This document shows, piece by piece, positions 27,062 to 35,731 of a stretch of 56,822 nucleotides of DNA. The notes beneath the pieces were generated by a model. The model had not been told where the DNA came from. It did no database searches and was given only the letters and a program-made list of their open reading frames with translations. The DNA comes from a virus (Duplodnaviria; Caudoviricetes). How positions within the stretch are numbered: the stretch's first letter is position 1; every line of letters starts with the position of its first letter. The translations under genes and the position numbers were made by a program. The stretch spans positions 1 to 56,822 of IMG/VR virus record IMGVR_UViG_3300002307_000005; one strand, written 5' to 3'.

Positions 27062-27336
27062 CCGAAGCCGAAGAAATGGAAGAGTTGGTGTGGCGTCGTC
27101 GCTACACCAAATTTGTGAGCGAAGGTTGCCCCGAAAACGAAGCATACGAACTGGCTGTGAAGATGATGTTCCGCGACCGAGAGGAAGACCCACAGTGTCT
27201 GCGCATTTGCTTTGAATGCACCCATCTGGCCGTGAAATATTGCTCGGTGATCAAGGATCGTTTTGGTCGCCCATCCGTACAGCCGCGCTTCACATTGCAG
27301 CGCTGCCCATCATTCAAACTCAAAGGAAAAAAATGA
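27058..27336 (+). CDS. Cys-containing hypothetical protein
   Basis: CFECTHL...LQRCPSF. Confidence 0.65.
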   Translation: MTEAEEMEELVWRRRYTKFVSEGCPENEAYELAVKMMFRDREEDPQCLRICFECTHLAVKYCSVIKDRFGRPSVQPRFTLQRCPSFKLKGKK

Positions 27337-27788
27337 GAGCACTTGGAATTGACCCCGGCGCAACTGGCGCACTGGTTTTGCTGGAAGACGGCATGCCCAT
27401 CGAGTGGACAGAAATGCCCACCACCAAGATCGGCTCGGCCACTCGCGTGAACGCCGCAGCACTGGCCGACTTCATTGCGTCCTGCTGTTGTGAGCATGTG
27501 TACGTTGAGCAGGTGCATGCAATGCCCGGCCAAGGCGTGAGCAGCATGTTCAACTTCGGCCACTCATGCGGCACGATCATGGGCGTGCTGGGTGCCATGG
27601 GCATTCCTCATACGCTGGTGACCCCGCAGGCATGGAAGAAAGCAGCAGGCCTGATCGGAACCGACAAGGATGCAGCACGCGCACGCGCCATCCAACTGTG
27701 GCCACACTGGCGCTCATTGGACAAAAAGGGCAAAGGCCAAGCACTGGCCGACGCAGCATTGATCGCAAAACACGGAGAAAACACATGA
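27333..27788 (+). CDS. RuvC-like Holliday junction resolvase
   Basis: GIDPG.TG, VEQV, FNFG, PQAWKK, ADAALIA. Confidence 0.85.
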   Translation: MRALGIDPGATGALVLLEDGMPIEWTEMPTTKIGSATRVNAAALADFIASCCCEHVYVEQVHAMPGQGVSSMFNFGHSCGTIMGVLGAMGIPHTLVTPQAWKKAAGLIGTDKDAARARAIQLWPHWRSLDKKGKGQALADAALIAKHGENT

Positions 27789-28225
27789 GCATCGACACCA
27801 TCGCAAAGTGGCACGAGCGTGCCCGGCCAGAGCCAACAGAAGAAAACCTGAACGTGCAGTTCGGTTGCCACATTGAAGAGTTCGTTGAGACGCTGGACAG
27901 TGTGTCCATCGCAGTGCTTGACAGCGACATTGATTTTGCATCCATGATGGCCGCACTTGACCTGCTTGCTGACGGCCTCAAAAAGGGCACCATCATCATG
28001 GAAATCGACAACCGAAAAGAGTTTTTGGATGGTCTCGCAGATCAGATGGTCACTGCCGTTGGCACTGCGCACTGCGCCAAGATGAAAGTGCGCGAAGCAG
28101 TCGCAGAGGTCGACCGCAGCAACTGGAGCAAGTACGACGAGAGCGGCCAGCCCATCTTCAACGATCACGGCAAGATCATGAAAGGCCCGAACTACACACC
28201 ACCAAACCTTGAGGGGATGTACTGA
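27785..28225 (+). CDS. MazG-like/PRA-PH nucleoside triphosphate pyrophosphohydrolase
   Basis: IEEFVE...LDGLAD...EVDRSNWSK...GKIMKGPNY.PP.L. Confidence 0.75.
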   Translation: MSIDTIAKWHERARPEPTEENLNVQFGCHIEEFVETLDSVSIAVLDSDIDFASMMAALDLLADGLKKGTIIMEIDNRKEFLDGLADQMVTAVGTAHCAKMKVREAVAEVDRSNWSKYDESGQPIFNDHGKIMKGPNYTPPNLEGMY

Positions 28226-28560
28226 TGAACCAAACCGATATCAACAATGCTGTCGATTACATCTACAGCCACGGCCAAAAGTACGCCCACGCAAAGGGCG
28301 AACTGGCCTATCTGGAAGAGTTCCGCAAGAGCAAGAAAGCCATGCTGATGAAGACGGCCATGACCAACGGCATCAAGACCGTTGCAGCCGCCGAAATCGA
28401 GGCTTATGCCGACATGGAGTATGTGGAGCTACTGAAGGGCATTGCAGCCGCCACAGAGGTCGCAGAAGGCCTCCGCTGGGGGTTGGTGGCAGCACAGGCC
28501 CGAGTGGACGTCTGGCGCTCCACAGAGGCCTCCAATCGCAGCATGGATCGACTGGGATGA
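28225..28560 (+). CDS. Helical hypothetical protein
   Basis: TGATG coupling; coiled-coil character. Confidence 0.65.
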   Translation: MNQTDINNAVDYIYSHGQKYAHAKGELAYLEEFRKSKKAMLMKTAMTNGIKTVAAAEIEAYADMEYVELLKGIAAATEVAEGLRWGLVAAQARVDVWRSTEASNRSMDRLG

Positions 28561-28829
28561 ACAACAAACTCACAGCGAAAGAGCGCCTGCACGTTGGGCG
28601 CGTCAAGGAACTGCCCTGCAGCGTCTGCGATGCCCCCGGCCCCAGTGATGCCCACCACGTCAAGCAGCACCGCCAGTACACCTGCGTGGCGCTGTGCAAG
28701 TCCTGCCACCAAGGCGCACTCATGGGTTGGCATGGCCAGAGGCGCATGTGGGCACTGAAGAAGATGGACGAAATCGACGCTCTGAACGTCACCATTCAGA
28801 GGCTGGTGGAGTCCGACTCCACAAGGTAG
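28557..28829 (+). CDS. Ref/DUF968-like Zn-binding HNH-type protein
   Basis: LPCSVC..AHH...LCKSCH. Confidence 0.65.
   Translation: MNNKLTAKERLHVGRVKELPCSVCDAPGPSDAHHVKQHRQYTCVALCKSCHQGALMGWHGQRRMWALKKMDEIDALNVTIQRLVESDSTR
28806..28822. repeat. 17-bp palindrome copy 4
   Basis: GTGGAGTCCGACTCCAC in last codons of gene, ~50 bp before promoter motif. Confidence 0.95.
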
Positions 28830-28873
28830 GGAAACCACTTAGCAACTTTTTTTTCAAAGGGGTGGTTTTGTTG

Positions 28874-28901
28874 CTTTAACTTCATGTTAGAATTCACTCA
28901 C
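28874..28901 (+). promoter_or_regulatory. Repeated promoter motif copy
   Basis: CTTTAACTTCATGTTAGAATTCACTCAC, 27/28 identical to 33373-33400. Confidence 0.75.
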
Positions 28902-28935
28902 GGTCAACGAGACCGGGATTACCAAGGATTACGAC

Positions 28936-29229
28936 ATGACTACCATCACCACCACCCCTTCTTCTGCTGATGAACTCGGCACCCTGCTGGCACAGATCGC
29001 CACGCTGACCAAGCAAGCAGACGCAATCAAAGACGCCATGAAGGACATCGCCAGCAAGGGCGACACCAAGTGCTTCGAGGGTGCATTGTTCAAGGCCACA
29101 TACGTCGAAGCAAACCGCTCCGTCACCGACTGGAAAAAGCTGGCTGAAGAGTTGGCCATCCCTGCCGACAAGATCGCCGCTCACACCAGCGTCACCGCTG
29201 TGTTCAGCATCAAGACAACCGCACGCTGA
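28936..29229 (+). CDS. Hypothetical protein
   Basis: First ORF after promoter motif. Confidence 0.65.
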   Translation: MTTITTTPSSADELGTLLAQIATLTKQADAIKDAMKDIASKGDTKCFEGALFKATYVEANRSVTDWKKLAEELAIPADKIAAHTSVTAVFSIKTTAR

Positions 29230-29241
29230 TTGGAGAACATC

Positions 29242-29523
29242 ATGAAGATCAAGACCACCGTTCACATCCATCACTCCCAACATTTATGGGAAGAGACTGG
29301 CGAATACCTAGTCTTCTACGCAAAGCTGCACGACACCGCGCACCGCACCTACGTTTGTTCGCAAGAGATTGAAATCGAGGTGCCAGACGACTACGACCCA
29401 CGCGCACAGAAGATCGCAGCTTTGGAAGCGCAAAAAGCCCAAGCTGCAGCCGACTACCAAAAAACCGTGACGGACATCAACCGTCGCATTTCCGAATTGC
29501 AAGCCATCGAATACACAGCCTAA
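29242..29523 (+). CDS. Hypothetical protein
   Basis: GGAG RBS; C-terminal coiled coil. Confidence 0.65.
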   Translation: MKIKTTVHIHHSQHLWEETGEYLVFYAKLHDTAHRTYVCSQEIEIEVPDDYDPRAQKIAALEAQKAQAAADYQKTVTDINRRISELQAIEYTA

Positions 29524-29533
29524 GGAGAACGCC

Positions 29534-29920
29534 GTGAACATCATAGAAAACACACCAGCGCAGCCCAAGGCAACCGCACCAGCAAAGTACTTTCACTTTT
29601 CGCAGAACAACAGCGGGGGCAGCTTCGACATTGACGACAAGGTGGCATGCCACGTCATCATTCAGGCGCACTCAGTAGGGGAGGCCAACCGGATTGCGGT
29701 GGATGTTGGCATCTACTTTGACGGCTGCGACGACGACCGCGATTGCCCCTGTTGTGGTGATCGTTGGTATCAGGCATACGGCGACGGGGATGAGACCCCG
29801 CTGATATACGACCAAGACCCCGCAACATACGAAGATATGTTCACCAAACCAAGCCATCCTGTGTGCCATGTGTACCACCTTGACGGCAGCAAGACAACGT
29901 ACCGCAAGACAACCAAATAA
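29534..29920 (+). CDS. Phage protein with QNNSGG...DCPCCGDRW motif
   Basis: AGGAG RBS; motif seen in small phage proteins. Confidence 0.65.
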   Translation: MNIIENTPAQPKATAPAKYFHFSQNNSGGSFDIDDKVACHVIIQAHSVGEANRIAVDVGIYFDGCDDDRDCPCCGDRWYQAYGDGDETPLIYDQDPATYEDMFTKPSHPVCHVYHLDGSKTTYRKTTK

Positions 29921-29930
29921 GGAGAACACC

Positions 29931-30338
29931 ATGGACAAGAACATTGCAGCCATCCTGCGCGAAGACACCAAAACATGCTCTGTGGCATTTGTAAATGAAA
30001 ACGGCAGCATGAGCAGCCCCTACACCTACATCACGCACATTGACCTTGAGGTCGGAAACTATGTGGTCGTGCCCGCCGGGAACAACAATGTTCTCAAGAT
30101 TGCGGAAGTCCTCAGCGTCGACAATGAATTGGAAATCGAACCCAACTCCGACATCAAGTACAAGTGGGTGGTTGATGTGATCGACCTCAAATCAGCACGC
30201 GAGAACCGTGAGCGCAACTCAGCGATTGAAGGCATGCTGGCCGCTTCGTATCGGGTCAATGCACGTCAGGCCTATGCTCACCAGTTCCTGAGCAACGCCG
30301 ACCCCAAAGTGTTGGAACTTGTGAAAGGTAAAGCATGA
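29931..30338 (+). CDS. Hypothetical protein
   Basis: AGGAG RBS. Confidence 0.65.
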   Translation: MDKNIAAILREDTKTCSVAFVNENGSMSSPYTYITHIDLEVGNYVVVPAGNNNVLKIAEVLSVDNELEIEPNSDIKYKWVVDVIDLKSARENRERNSAIEGMLAASYRVNARQAYAHQFLSNADPKVLELVKGKA

Positions 30339-30535
30339 TCGAAGTTTCATTCACCGAAGTGGCCCTGTTCTGCTGGGCCGTGCTGGCCACCGGATATGCA
30401 TTCAAGTGGCACAACCAGTATCAGGGTGCCAAGCACCTTGTGATGATGATGATCAACAACCCCGAGGTGCGTGATCAAATTGCCGCCGCCAAAGATCAGT
30501 TTATGAAGGAGCAAGGCTATGCCAAACACCCGTGA
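30335..30535 (+). CDS. Small single-TM protein
   Basis: ATGA coupling; hydrophobic N-terminus. Confidence 0.55.
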   Translation: MIEVSFTEVALFCWAVLATGYAFKWHNQYQGAKHLVMMMINNPEVRDQIAAAKDQFMKEQGYAKHP

Positions 30536-30683
30536 ACTCGTGCGCAAGGCGCACACACTCTTCAACGTGCCGGACGTGCCACGACGCACACAACGGCACA
30601 ACAGGCACCAATGGGTGCGCTCCGTCCAACGTCTGGGCGACCAATGGCTTCTGGCCAAACACATTGAAAGAAAACCATCATGA
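30519..30683 (+). CDS. Basic hypothetical protein (54 aa)
   Basis: AAGGAG RBS; ends in ATGA overlap. Confidence 0.55.
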   Translation: MPNTRELVRKAHTLFNVPDVPRRTQRHNRHQWVRSVQRLGDQWLLAKHIERKPS

Positions 30684-30967
30684 GCGAGAAAAAAGAACTG
30701 AGCGGCTTGGCCCGACAAATCCTTGGCGTCTCTGGTGCTGTGGACTTTTACACCCAGCAGGAATTTGACGCCGCACTGACCTTGGCCAAAGCGGAAATCA
30801 TGACCGTGGCCATTCAGACCAGCAAGCAGGCCATCATGATCGAACGACAGGCCTGCGCAGAACTGGTTGCTGGCTTGGCAGAGACCCGCCCCGACAGCAA
30901 TGCACAGGAAGCCCTCAGGCTGGCCTCTGAGGCCATTTTGAACCGCATCCCATCACAGAGGCAGTGA
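30680..30967 (+). CDS. Hypothetical protein
   Basis: ATGA coupling. Confidence 0.6.
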   Translation: MSEKKELSGLARQILGVSGAVDFYTQQEFDAALTLAKAEIMTVAIQTSKQAIMIERQACAELVAGLAETRPDSNAQEALRLASEAILNRIPSQRQ

Positions 30968-30968
30968 C

Positions 30969-31157
30969 ATGAAGAACAAGGTCATCTACACCCTGCTGGC
31001 CGTGTTCTTGATCGTCTTCTGGGGTGGCTTGATCTGGCTGAGTTTCAAACTGGCAACACCTGAACGCACGATCAACTGCGGCATTGCAGAAATCAGCCCA
31101 GACTTCACAACTGAAATGCGGCAGGCTTGCCGTGAACGCATGAGGCACAAGCTATGA
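30969..31157 (+). CDS. Single-TM protein (NCGIAEISPDF)
   Basis: N-terminal TM, two Cys. Confidence 0.6.
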   Translation: MKNKVIYTLLAVFLIVFWGGLIWLSFKLATPERTINCGIAEISPDFTTEMRQACRERMRHKL

Positions 31158-31432
31158 CCACACAACCTGAAGCCCTGCGCCATGCTGAGTGGCTAGGAAA
31201 GTCTCTAACAATTGGGGCCAAAGAAGCAGCCGTCGAACTACGCCGCCTGCACCAATCCGAACACGAAGGCTGGAGACACGCAGACGAGCTGGAGCAAGAG
31301 CGCAAACGCCTGCACGAAGCAAACCAAGCGATGCTTGATGCGCTGAAGAATCTTGCGGATGCAGTGCAACAGCCTGCGCTGCCTGAGTATGTCGCCGCCC
31401 GCGCCGCCATTGCCAAAGGAGAGCAACAATGA
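31154..31432 (+). CDS. Hypothetical protein
   Basis: ATGA coupling. Confidence 0.6.
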   Translation: MTTQPEALRHAEWLGKSLTIGAKEAAVELRRLHQSEHEGWRHADELEQERKRLHEANQAMLDALKNLADAVQQPALPEYVAARAAIAKGEQQ

Positions 31433-31665
31433 AAACAGTGATTGAGATGGCCCGTGAGGCTGGCTTTAGGGTTGGCCCATCAAGAGACGGCCCAGACGAT
31501 GTATGGGGCGTTAATGCAAACCTTGAACGCTTTGCTGAGCTTGTCCGTGCTGACGAGCGTGAGGCGTGCATGAATGCCTTAAACGCGCTGCCGTATCAGC
31601 GTTCCACAAAATACGACTGCATGGACGCCATCCGAGCAAGGAGCAACAATGAAAACAGTGATTGA
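31429..31665 (+). CDS. 'FAELVRADE...EREAC...AIRAR' family protein, paralog 1
   Basis: Shares start and end motifs with 31649-31939. Confidence 0.65.
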   Translation: MKTVIEMAREAGFRVGPSRDGPDDVWGVNANLERFAELVRADEREACMNALNALPYQRSTKYDCMDAIRARSNNENSD

Positions 31666-31939
31666 CCAAATGCTTGTTAAGGCTGGCGCATACTTTGGTG
31701 GAGAGGGCGTTATTTATGCCGACTTTGACCCTAAAAAGTTTGCCGAGCTTGTCCGTGCTGACGAGGTTGAAAAGTACAAGTGGGACATTCACTCATGTGG
31801 CCCGACTTGCACAAAGGTTGCGTGTGTTGCCATGCGTGAGGCTGTAGAGGCCGAAAGAGAGGCGTGTGCAAAGTTGTGCAAGTTTGGTCGGTCAAGTGCC
31901 GACATTGAGCAAGCCATTCGAGCAAGGAGCAACATATGA
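31649..31939 (+). CDS. 'FAELVRADE...EREAC...AIRAR' family protein, paralog 2
   Basis: Tandem paralog; AAGGAG RBS. Confidence 0.65.
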   Translation: MKTVIDQMLVKAGAYFGGEGVIYADFDPKKFAELVRADEVEKYKWDIHSCGPTCTKVACVAMREAVEAEREACAKLCKFGRSSADIEQAIRARSNI

Positions 31940-32181
31940 CCGATCAAATGACACCGTGGTTTCCATCAAGCATCAACCCCGTTCGTGCTGGGGTGTATGA
32001 AGTCTTCACGCCGAACTCACTGGCAAACAAGTACGCTTATTTCGACAAGAAGGGATGGCGTCTTTGTGCCAGCAGGATAAAGGAAGCGGAGGAAGAAAAA
32101 AGCTGGCTTGGCAGCAATTGGTGTTCAAGCATGGTACTTCCTCAGTCAATGTGGCGCGGGTTTACTAAGGAGAACACATGA
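31936..32181 (+). CDS. Hypothetical protein (WFP...PVR.GVY...WRG)
   Basis: ATGA coupling. Confidence 0.6.
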   Translation: MTDQMTPWFPSSINPVRAGVYEVFTPNSLANKYAYFDKKGWRLCASRIKEAEEEKSWLGSNWCSSMVLPQSMWRGFTKENT

Positions 32182-32369
32182 GATTTTGTTTCCACGATTG
32201 GGGTAAGTGGTCAGAACCTAAAGACACAGCTCACGATTACCACAAAGTTCAAGCACGTTACTGCCTGCTGTGCAACAAGTGCCAAGTCAAAAAGATCAAA
32301 CAACCTTGGAACATTTGGTTTGGAGCCAAAGCCATCGAAGCCGCTCACAACACCAAGGAGAACACATGA
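32178..32369 (+). CDS. Small Cys-containing protein
   Basis: CFHDWGKWS...CLLC. Confidence 0.55.
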   Translation: MRFCFHDWGKWSEPKDTAHDYHKVQARYCLLCNKCQVKKIKQPWNIWFGAKAIEAAHNTKENT

Positions 32370-32686
32370 GAGCGCCAATCACCGACAAACACCTGCTTGA
32401 AATGATGTGGGAACGATTCCCCGAAATCATGCAGCGTGGTGCAGAGCAGCCAGCACAGCAGGAGGAGCCTGTGGCAATTGTTGATGGAGACGACCACGGG
32501 TATTTTGCGGAGATATTGCCAGATCGAAGTGTCAAAGTCGGGCAGTTGCTCTACACATCCCCACCAGCACAGCGCACATGGGTTGGGCTGACGGATGAGG
32601 AGATTAGAGCTGAAGAATTTGACCATATTAGACGTAGAGACTTTGCCAGAGCCATAGAAGCCAAACTCAAGGAGAAGAACACATGA
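32366..32686 (+). CDS. Modular 'EPVA...KEKNT' family protein
   Basis: Shares DNA blocks with 26513-27061. Confidence 0.65.
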   Translation: MRAPITDKHLLEMMWERFPEIMQRGAEQPAQQEEPVAIVDGDDHGYFAEILPDRSVKVGQLLYTSPPAQRTWVGLTDEEIRAEEFDHIRRRDFARAIEAKLKEKNT

Positions 32687-32880
32687 CCACGACACAAAAC
32701 GTCATGGCTATCAACGGATCGCGCTCGTTTGACGAAGCCCAAGCTGAACTGTGCAAGATTCGCCACCCCGAAAAACACGGGCTGTTTGGAATCGCCACAA
32801 AGGACAACCTGCAACTGTGGTGCATCATGCCGCAGCAGGTTTTGGACTTGATCGTGAAATTTGACGAGGAGAAGACATGA
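32683..32880 (+). CDS. Hypothetical protein
   Basis: ATGA coupling. Confidence 0.55.
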   Translation: MTTTQNVMAINGSRSFDEAQAELCKIRHPEKHGLFGIATKDNLQLWCIMPQQVLDLIVKFDEEKT

Positions 32881-33125
32881 CACCGAAGTCTTTTGACATA
32901 GACACAGCCAAGGAAATTGTTGGTGACTCGCGTATGCGCGTCATTGAGGCCAAGGCTCGCGCCGATGCCGATGCGGGTACGAATGATGCACCACAGCGCG
33001 ATGCGGGCGGGTATTGGGATCGCGTTCGTAGCGATATGGAGTACGTGATCTACATCACAGCGCATCACAACAGACTTCAGCGCATGGAGCGTATCAAACA
33101 ACGAGAACTGGAAAAGAACACATGA
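32877..33125 (+). CDS. Hypothetical protein
   Basis: ATGA coupling. Confidence 0.55.
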   Translation: MTPKSFDIDTAKEIVGDSRMRVIEAKARADADAGTNDAPQRDAGGYWDRVRSDMEYVIYITAHHNRLQRMERIKQRELEKNT

Positions 33126-33340
33126 CAGACATTTACTGGCCCGGAACCAAGATCATCAAAAGCCAAGGCAACGCCTTCGACTGGCGACACTACGGCAGCA
33201 CCATCATGCAGGACAAAAAGTTCATCCAGTCGGAGATTGCCAAGAAGAACTCCGCAGGAACTGGAGCCGATCCCAAGAAGCAATTCACCATCTACAGCAA
33301 GGCTCGGCCATCCGCAAAGCGTGGAGTCGGACTCCAGTAA
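33122..33340 (+). CDS. Hypothetical protein
   Basis: ATGA coupling; last gene before promoter motif. Confidence 0.55.
   Translation: MTDIYWPGTKIIKSQGNAFDWRHYGSTIMQDKKFIQSEIAKKNSAGTGADPKKQFTIYSKARPSAKRGVGLQ
33321..33337. repeat. 17-bp palindrome copy 5 (16/17: GTGGAGTCGGACTCCAG)
   Basis: In last codons of gene, ~35 bp before promoter motif. Confidence 0.9.
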
Positions 33341-33372
33341 CGTATTAGGGTTTGTCCCTATATTCCATGCTC

Positions 33373-33400
33373 CTTTAATTTCATGTTAGAATTCACTCAC
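33373..33400 (+). promoter_or_regulatory. Repeated promoter motif copy
   Basis: CTTTAATTTCATGTTAGAATTCACTCAC. Confidence 0.75.
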
Positions 33401-33432
33401 TGCAAAATTAGCAGGGATTACAGGAGATTCAA

Positions 33433-33696
33433 ATGCGCGTTACTCACCTCGACAAAGGCCCAAGCGGCATGGCAGCAAGAACAGCATGTGGCCGCAATAT
33501 CTTGCGCACACCCATCTCAGTTGGCTGGAACGGCTTCAAGGACGAGCCAGCCCAGTACCGCTGCATCAAGTGCGTCGCCAGCAAGCAGTTTGAAGTCAAC
33601 ACACGCATGGACGCACGCAAGATGACTGACAGCCAACTGATTGAGCAGGCACACAAGCAAGTGCAGGCATTGAACACGGCACTGGATTCCATCTAA
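33433..33696 (+). CDS. Small Zn-binding-type protein
   Basis: H...TACG...CIKC; AGGAG RBS. Confidence 0.6.
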   Translation: MRVTHLDKGPSGMAARTACGRNILRTPISVGWNGFKDEPAQYRCIKCVASKQFEVNTRMDARKMTDSQLIEQAHKQVQALNTALDSI

Positions 33697-33703
33697 ACCA
33701 ACC

Positions 33704-33717
33704 GGGGCTTCGGCCCC
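33704..33717 (+). other. cUUCGg tetraloop hairpin
   Basis: GGGGC-TTCG-GCCCC, intergenic, no U-tract. Confidence 0.55.
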
Positions 33718-33732
33718 ATCTTGGAGACCACC

Positions 33733-34029
33733 ATGACCAAAACATCTGAACTGACAGGCGCTGCCCTTGATTGGGCGGTAGATAAGGCGCAGGGCAAATT
33801 TTGCCTTTGCCCGCATGCTTCTTATTCGACCGACTGGGCACAAGGCGGGCCGATCATTGAGCGGGAAAATATTTGGTTAACACACCACACCGCAGCAAAG
33901 ATGCACGGCGCTCATAGGGGTGACGATGTGTGGTTCCAGAAAGGCCCCACACCCCTGATCGCAGCCATGCGCTGCTACGTGGCCTCCAAGTTGGGCGATG
34001 AAGTAAGCATTCCCGAGGGTTTGGCATGA
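33733..34029 (+). CDS. DUF2591/NinX-like protein
   Basis: LTGAALDWAV, YSTDWAQGGPIIERE, GPTPLIAAMRCYV. Confidence 0.75.
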   Translation: MTKTSELTGAALDWAVDKAQGKFCLCPHASYSTDWAQGGPIIERENIWLTHHTAAKMHGAHRGDDVWFQKGPTPLIAAMRCYVASKLGDEVSIPEGLA

Positions 34030-34133
34030 TGTGGCCCTTCCCACCACCCACAGGGCCAGTTCCATGGACTACAGCCCAAGAAAAGGCTTACCAGCGCCAG
34101 AAGCTGGCCAACGCACCCGAATCACCGTTTTAA
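34026..34133 (+). CDS. 35-aa WPFP micro-protein
   Basis: ATGA coupling; MMWPFPPPTGPVPW...ESPF fills gap. Confidence 0.45.
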   Translation: MMWPFPPPTGPVPWTTAQEKAYQRQKLANAPESPF

Positions 34134-34143
34134 GGAGAACCAC

Positions 34144-34428
34144 ATGGCAACCGCCAAAAAAGCCCCCGCAAAGCCCACAAAACCCGCCGCAAAGTCCAAG
34201 GTAGCCACCCCAGCCAAAAAAGTGCTGGTGGCCTCAAAAACCGTGGCCAAGGTCAAGAAGGACGAAGAGTTCCGCATGCCTGCAGAGGTGAAGGACTGGA
34301 TCGACCAAGCCGCCAGCCGCATGAAGAGCATGCAAGGCAAGATCGACCGACTGGAGACCGAGAACAAGGAACTCAAATCGTGGCGCAAGTGGGCCGAGCA
34401 CCGCATTCTGGGAAGCAGTCATGAGTAA
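34144..34428 (+). CDS. Lys/Ala-rich N-terminus plus coiled-coil protein
   Basis: AKKAPAKPTKPAAK; AAGGAG RBS. Confidence 0.65.
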   Translation: MATAKKAPAKPTKPAAKSKVATPAKKVLVASKTVAKVKKDEEFRMPAEVKDWIDQAASRMKSMQGKIDRLETENKELKSWRKWAEHRILGSSHE

Positions 34429-34720
34429 ATGCACCCTGTGTGGCCACGTCTTGTGGCGGAATGCACGAAACTGCCAGAACTGTGGCCAAAAGATAGACGT
34501 GCCCCCTGCTGACGACACTCAGGCGGGTGGCGACCACTACAAGACCATGGCCGTGCAGCCGTGGCACCTCATGGAGGCCATCCTGACCCGCGAGGAGTTT
34601 ATTGGGTACCTGAAGGGCAACCTGATCAAGTACGGCATGCGCCAAGGCAAGAAGGACAGCCCGGACGCCGACAAATGGCACCACTACAAACAGAAACTGG
34701 ACGAGGTTCAAAATGGTTGA
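34421..34720 (+). CDS. DUF3310 (SaV-like) protein with N-terminal Zn ribbon
   Basis: CTLC..CQNC; GGDHYK...GYLKGNLIKY..R.GKK. Confidence 0.75.
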   Translation: MSKCTLCGHVLWRNARNCQNCGQKIDVPPADDTQAGGDHYKTMAVQPWHLMEAILTREEFIGYLKGNLIKYGMRQGKKDSPDADKWHHYKQKLDEVQNG

Positions 34721-34925
34721 GGTCTATCACGGCAACACGGTGTATCTGGATGGCCAGTACACCCGAGAACACCTGAAGCGGGTACTGACCACCATGGACA
34801 GGATCAGCGAGGTGAACGAGCGTCTAGGCCGGGAGGCAGCGCCCGAGGGCTTCAAGACCATGGAAGAGACGGCAGCACCCATCGTGGAGGCTGGCTGGAT
34901 CACAAACCGCAAGGGGCCACAGTGA
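34713..34925 (+). CDS. Hypothetical protein
   Basis: Overlapping operon ORF. Confidence 0.5.
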   Translation: MVEVYHGNTVYLDGQYTREHLKRVLTTMDRISEVNERLGREAAPEGFKTMEETAAPIVEAGWITNRKGPQ

Positions 34926-35149
34926 TCCGCTTCCACCTGATGGCCGGGACAGCCGCCCAAGCCAAACACATGGCCAACCAGATGGGCCTGCAGCCGACAG
35001 AGTGGAGGTACGTCTCCAAGCGGGAAGACCTCATGGGACTCAAGGGAGGCGTCATGCTGATGTGCGGAGGATGGGAGAGGCGAGACGACGCGCACGAAAT
35101 CCTGACCATGGCCCGACAGCGAGACATGAGAGTGCTGTACATCAACTAA
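34922..35149 (+). CDS. Hypothetical protein
   Basis: GTGA coupling. Confidence 0.5.
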   Translation: MIRFHLMAGTAAQAKHMANQMGLQPTEWRYVSKREDLMGLKGGVMLMCGGWERRDDAHEILTMARQRDMRVLYIN

Positions 35150-35203
35150 AACTCAGAGTTACACTTCCATGCATGCGCTGAAACATCGCGTGGAAGGAAA
35201 CAC

Positions 35204-35731
35204 ATGACAGAAAAAACGACAAAGCAGGCCGCGCCCAAGAACAAGGGAGGACGACCATCCACATACGATCCTGACATTGCACGCCAGATGTGTGAGCAGC
35301 TAAGTGAGGGAATCCCACTGAGGGAGATATGCAGACAGGAGGGGTTCCCAGCGTGGAGGACGGTGTACGACTGGATGAAAAAAGACCCAGACCTTTCCAC
35401 AGCCATCGCATATGCGCGTGATGTTGGTTACGACGCCATGGCCGAGGAATGCCTGCTTATTGCCGACACGCCCATGATGGGCGAAGAGGTCACCGAGACG
35501 GAGGGTGATGACGGGATCAAGGTCAGCGTCAAGAAGGTGGACATGCTGGGCCACCGGAAACTCCAGATCGAGACTCGCCTGAAGTTGTTGGCCAAGTTCA
35601 ACCCCAAGAAGTACGGTGAGAAGCTGACCCACGCCGGGGATGACGTGAACCCTGTGGTGGTGGAGAACAACCACAACGTGTTCGGTGAGTTGCTGAAGAA
35701 CCTGAAGATGCAACGGCAGGCCGAGCAATGA
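35204..35731 (+). CDS. terS: Terminase small subunit (Sf6 gp1-like)
   Basis: GRPSTY...ICRQEGFPAWRTVYDW HTH; RKLQIETR...PKKYG. Confidence 0.85.
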   Translation: MTEKTTKQAAPKNKGGRPSTYDPDIARQMCEQLSEGIPLREICRQEGFPAWRTVYDWMKKDPDLSTAIAYARDVGYDAMAEECLLIADTPMMGEEVTETEGDDGIKVSVKKVDMLGHRKLQIETRLKLLAKFNPKKYGEKLTHAGDDVNPVVVENNHNVFGELLKNLKMQRQAEQ

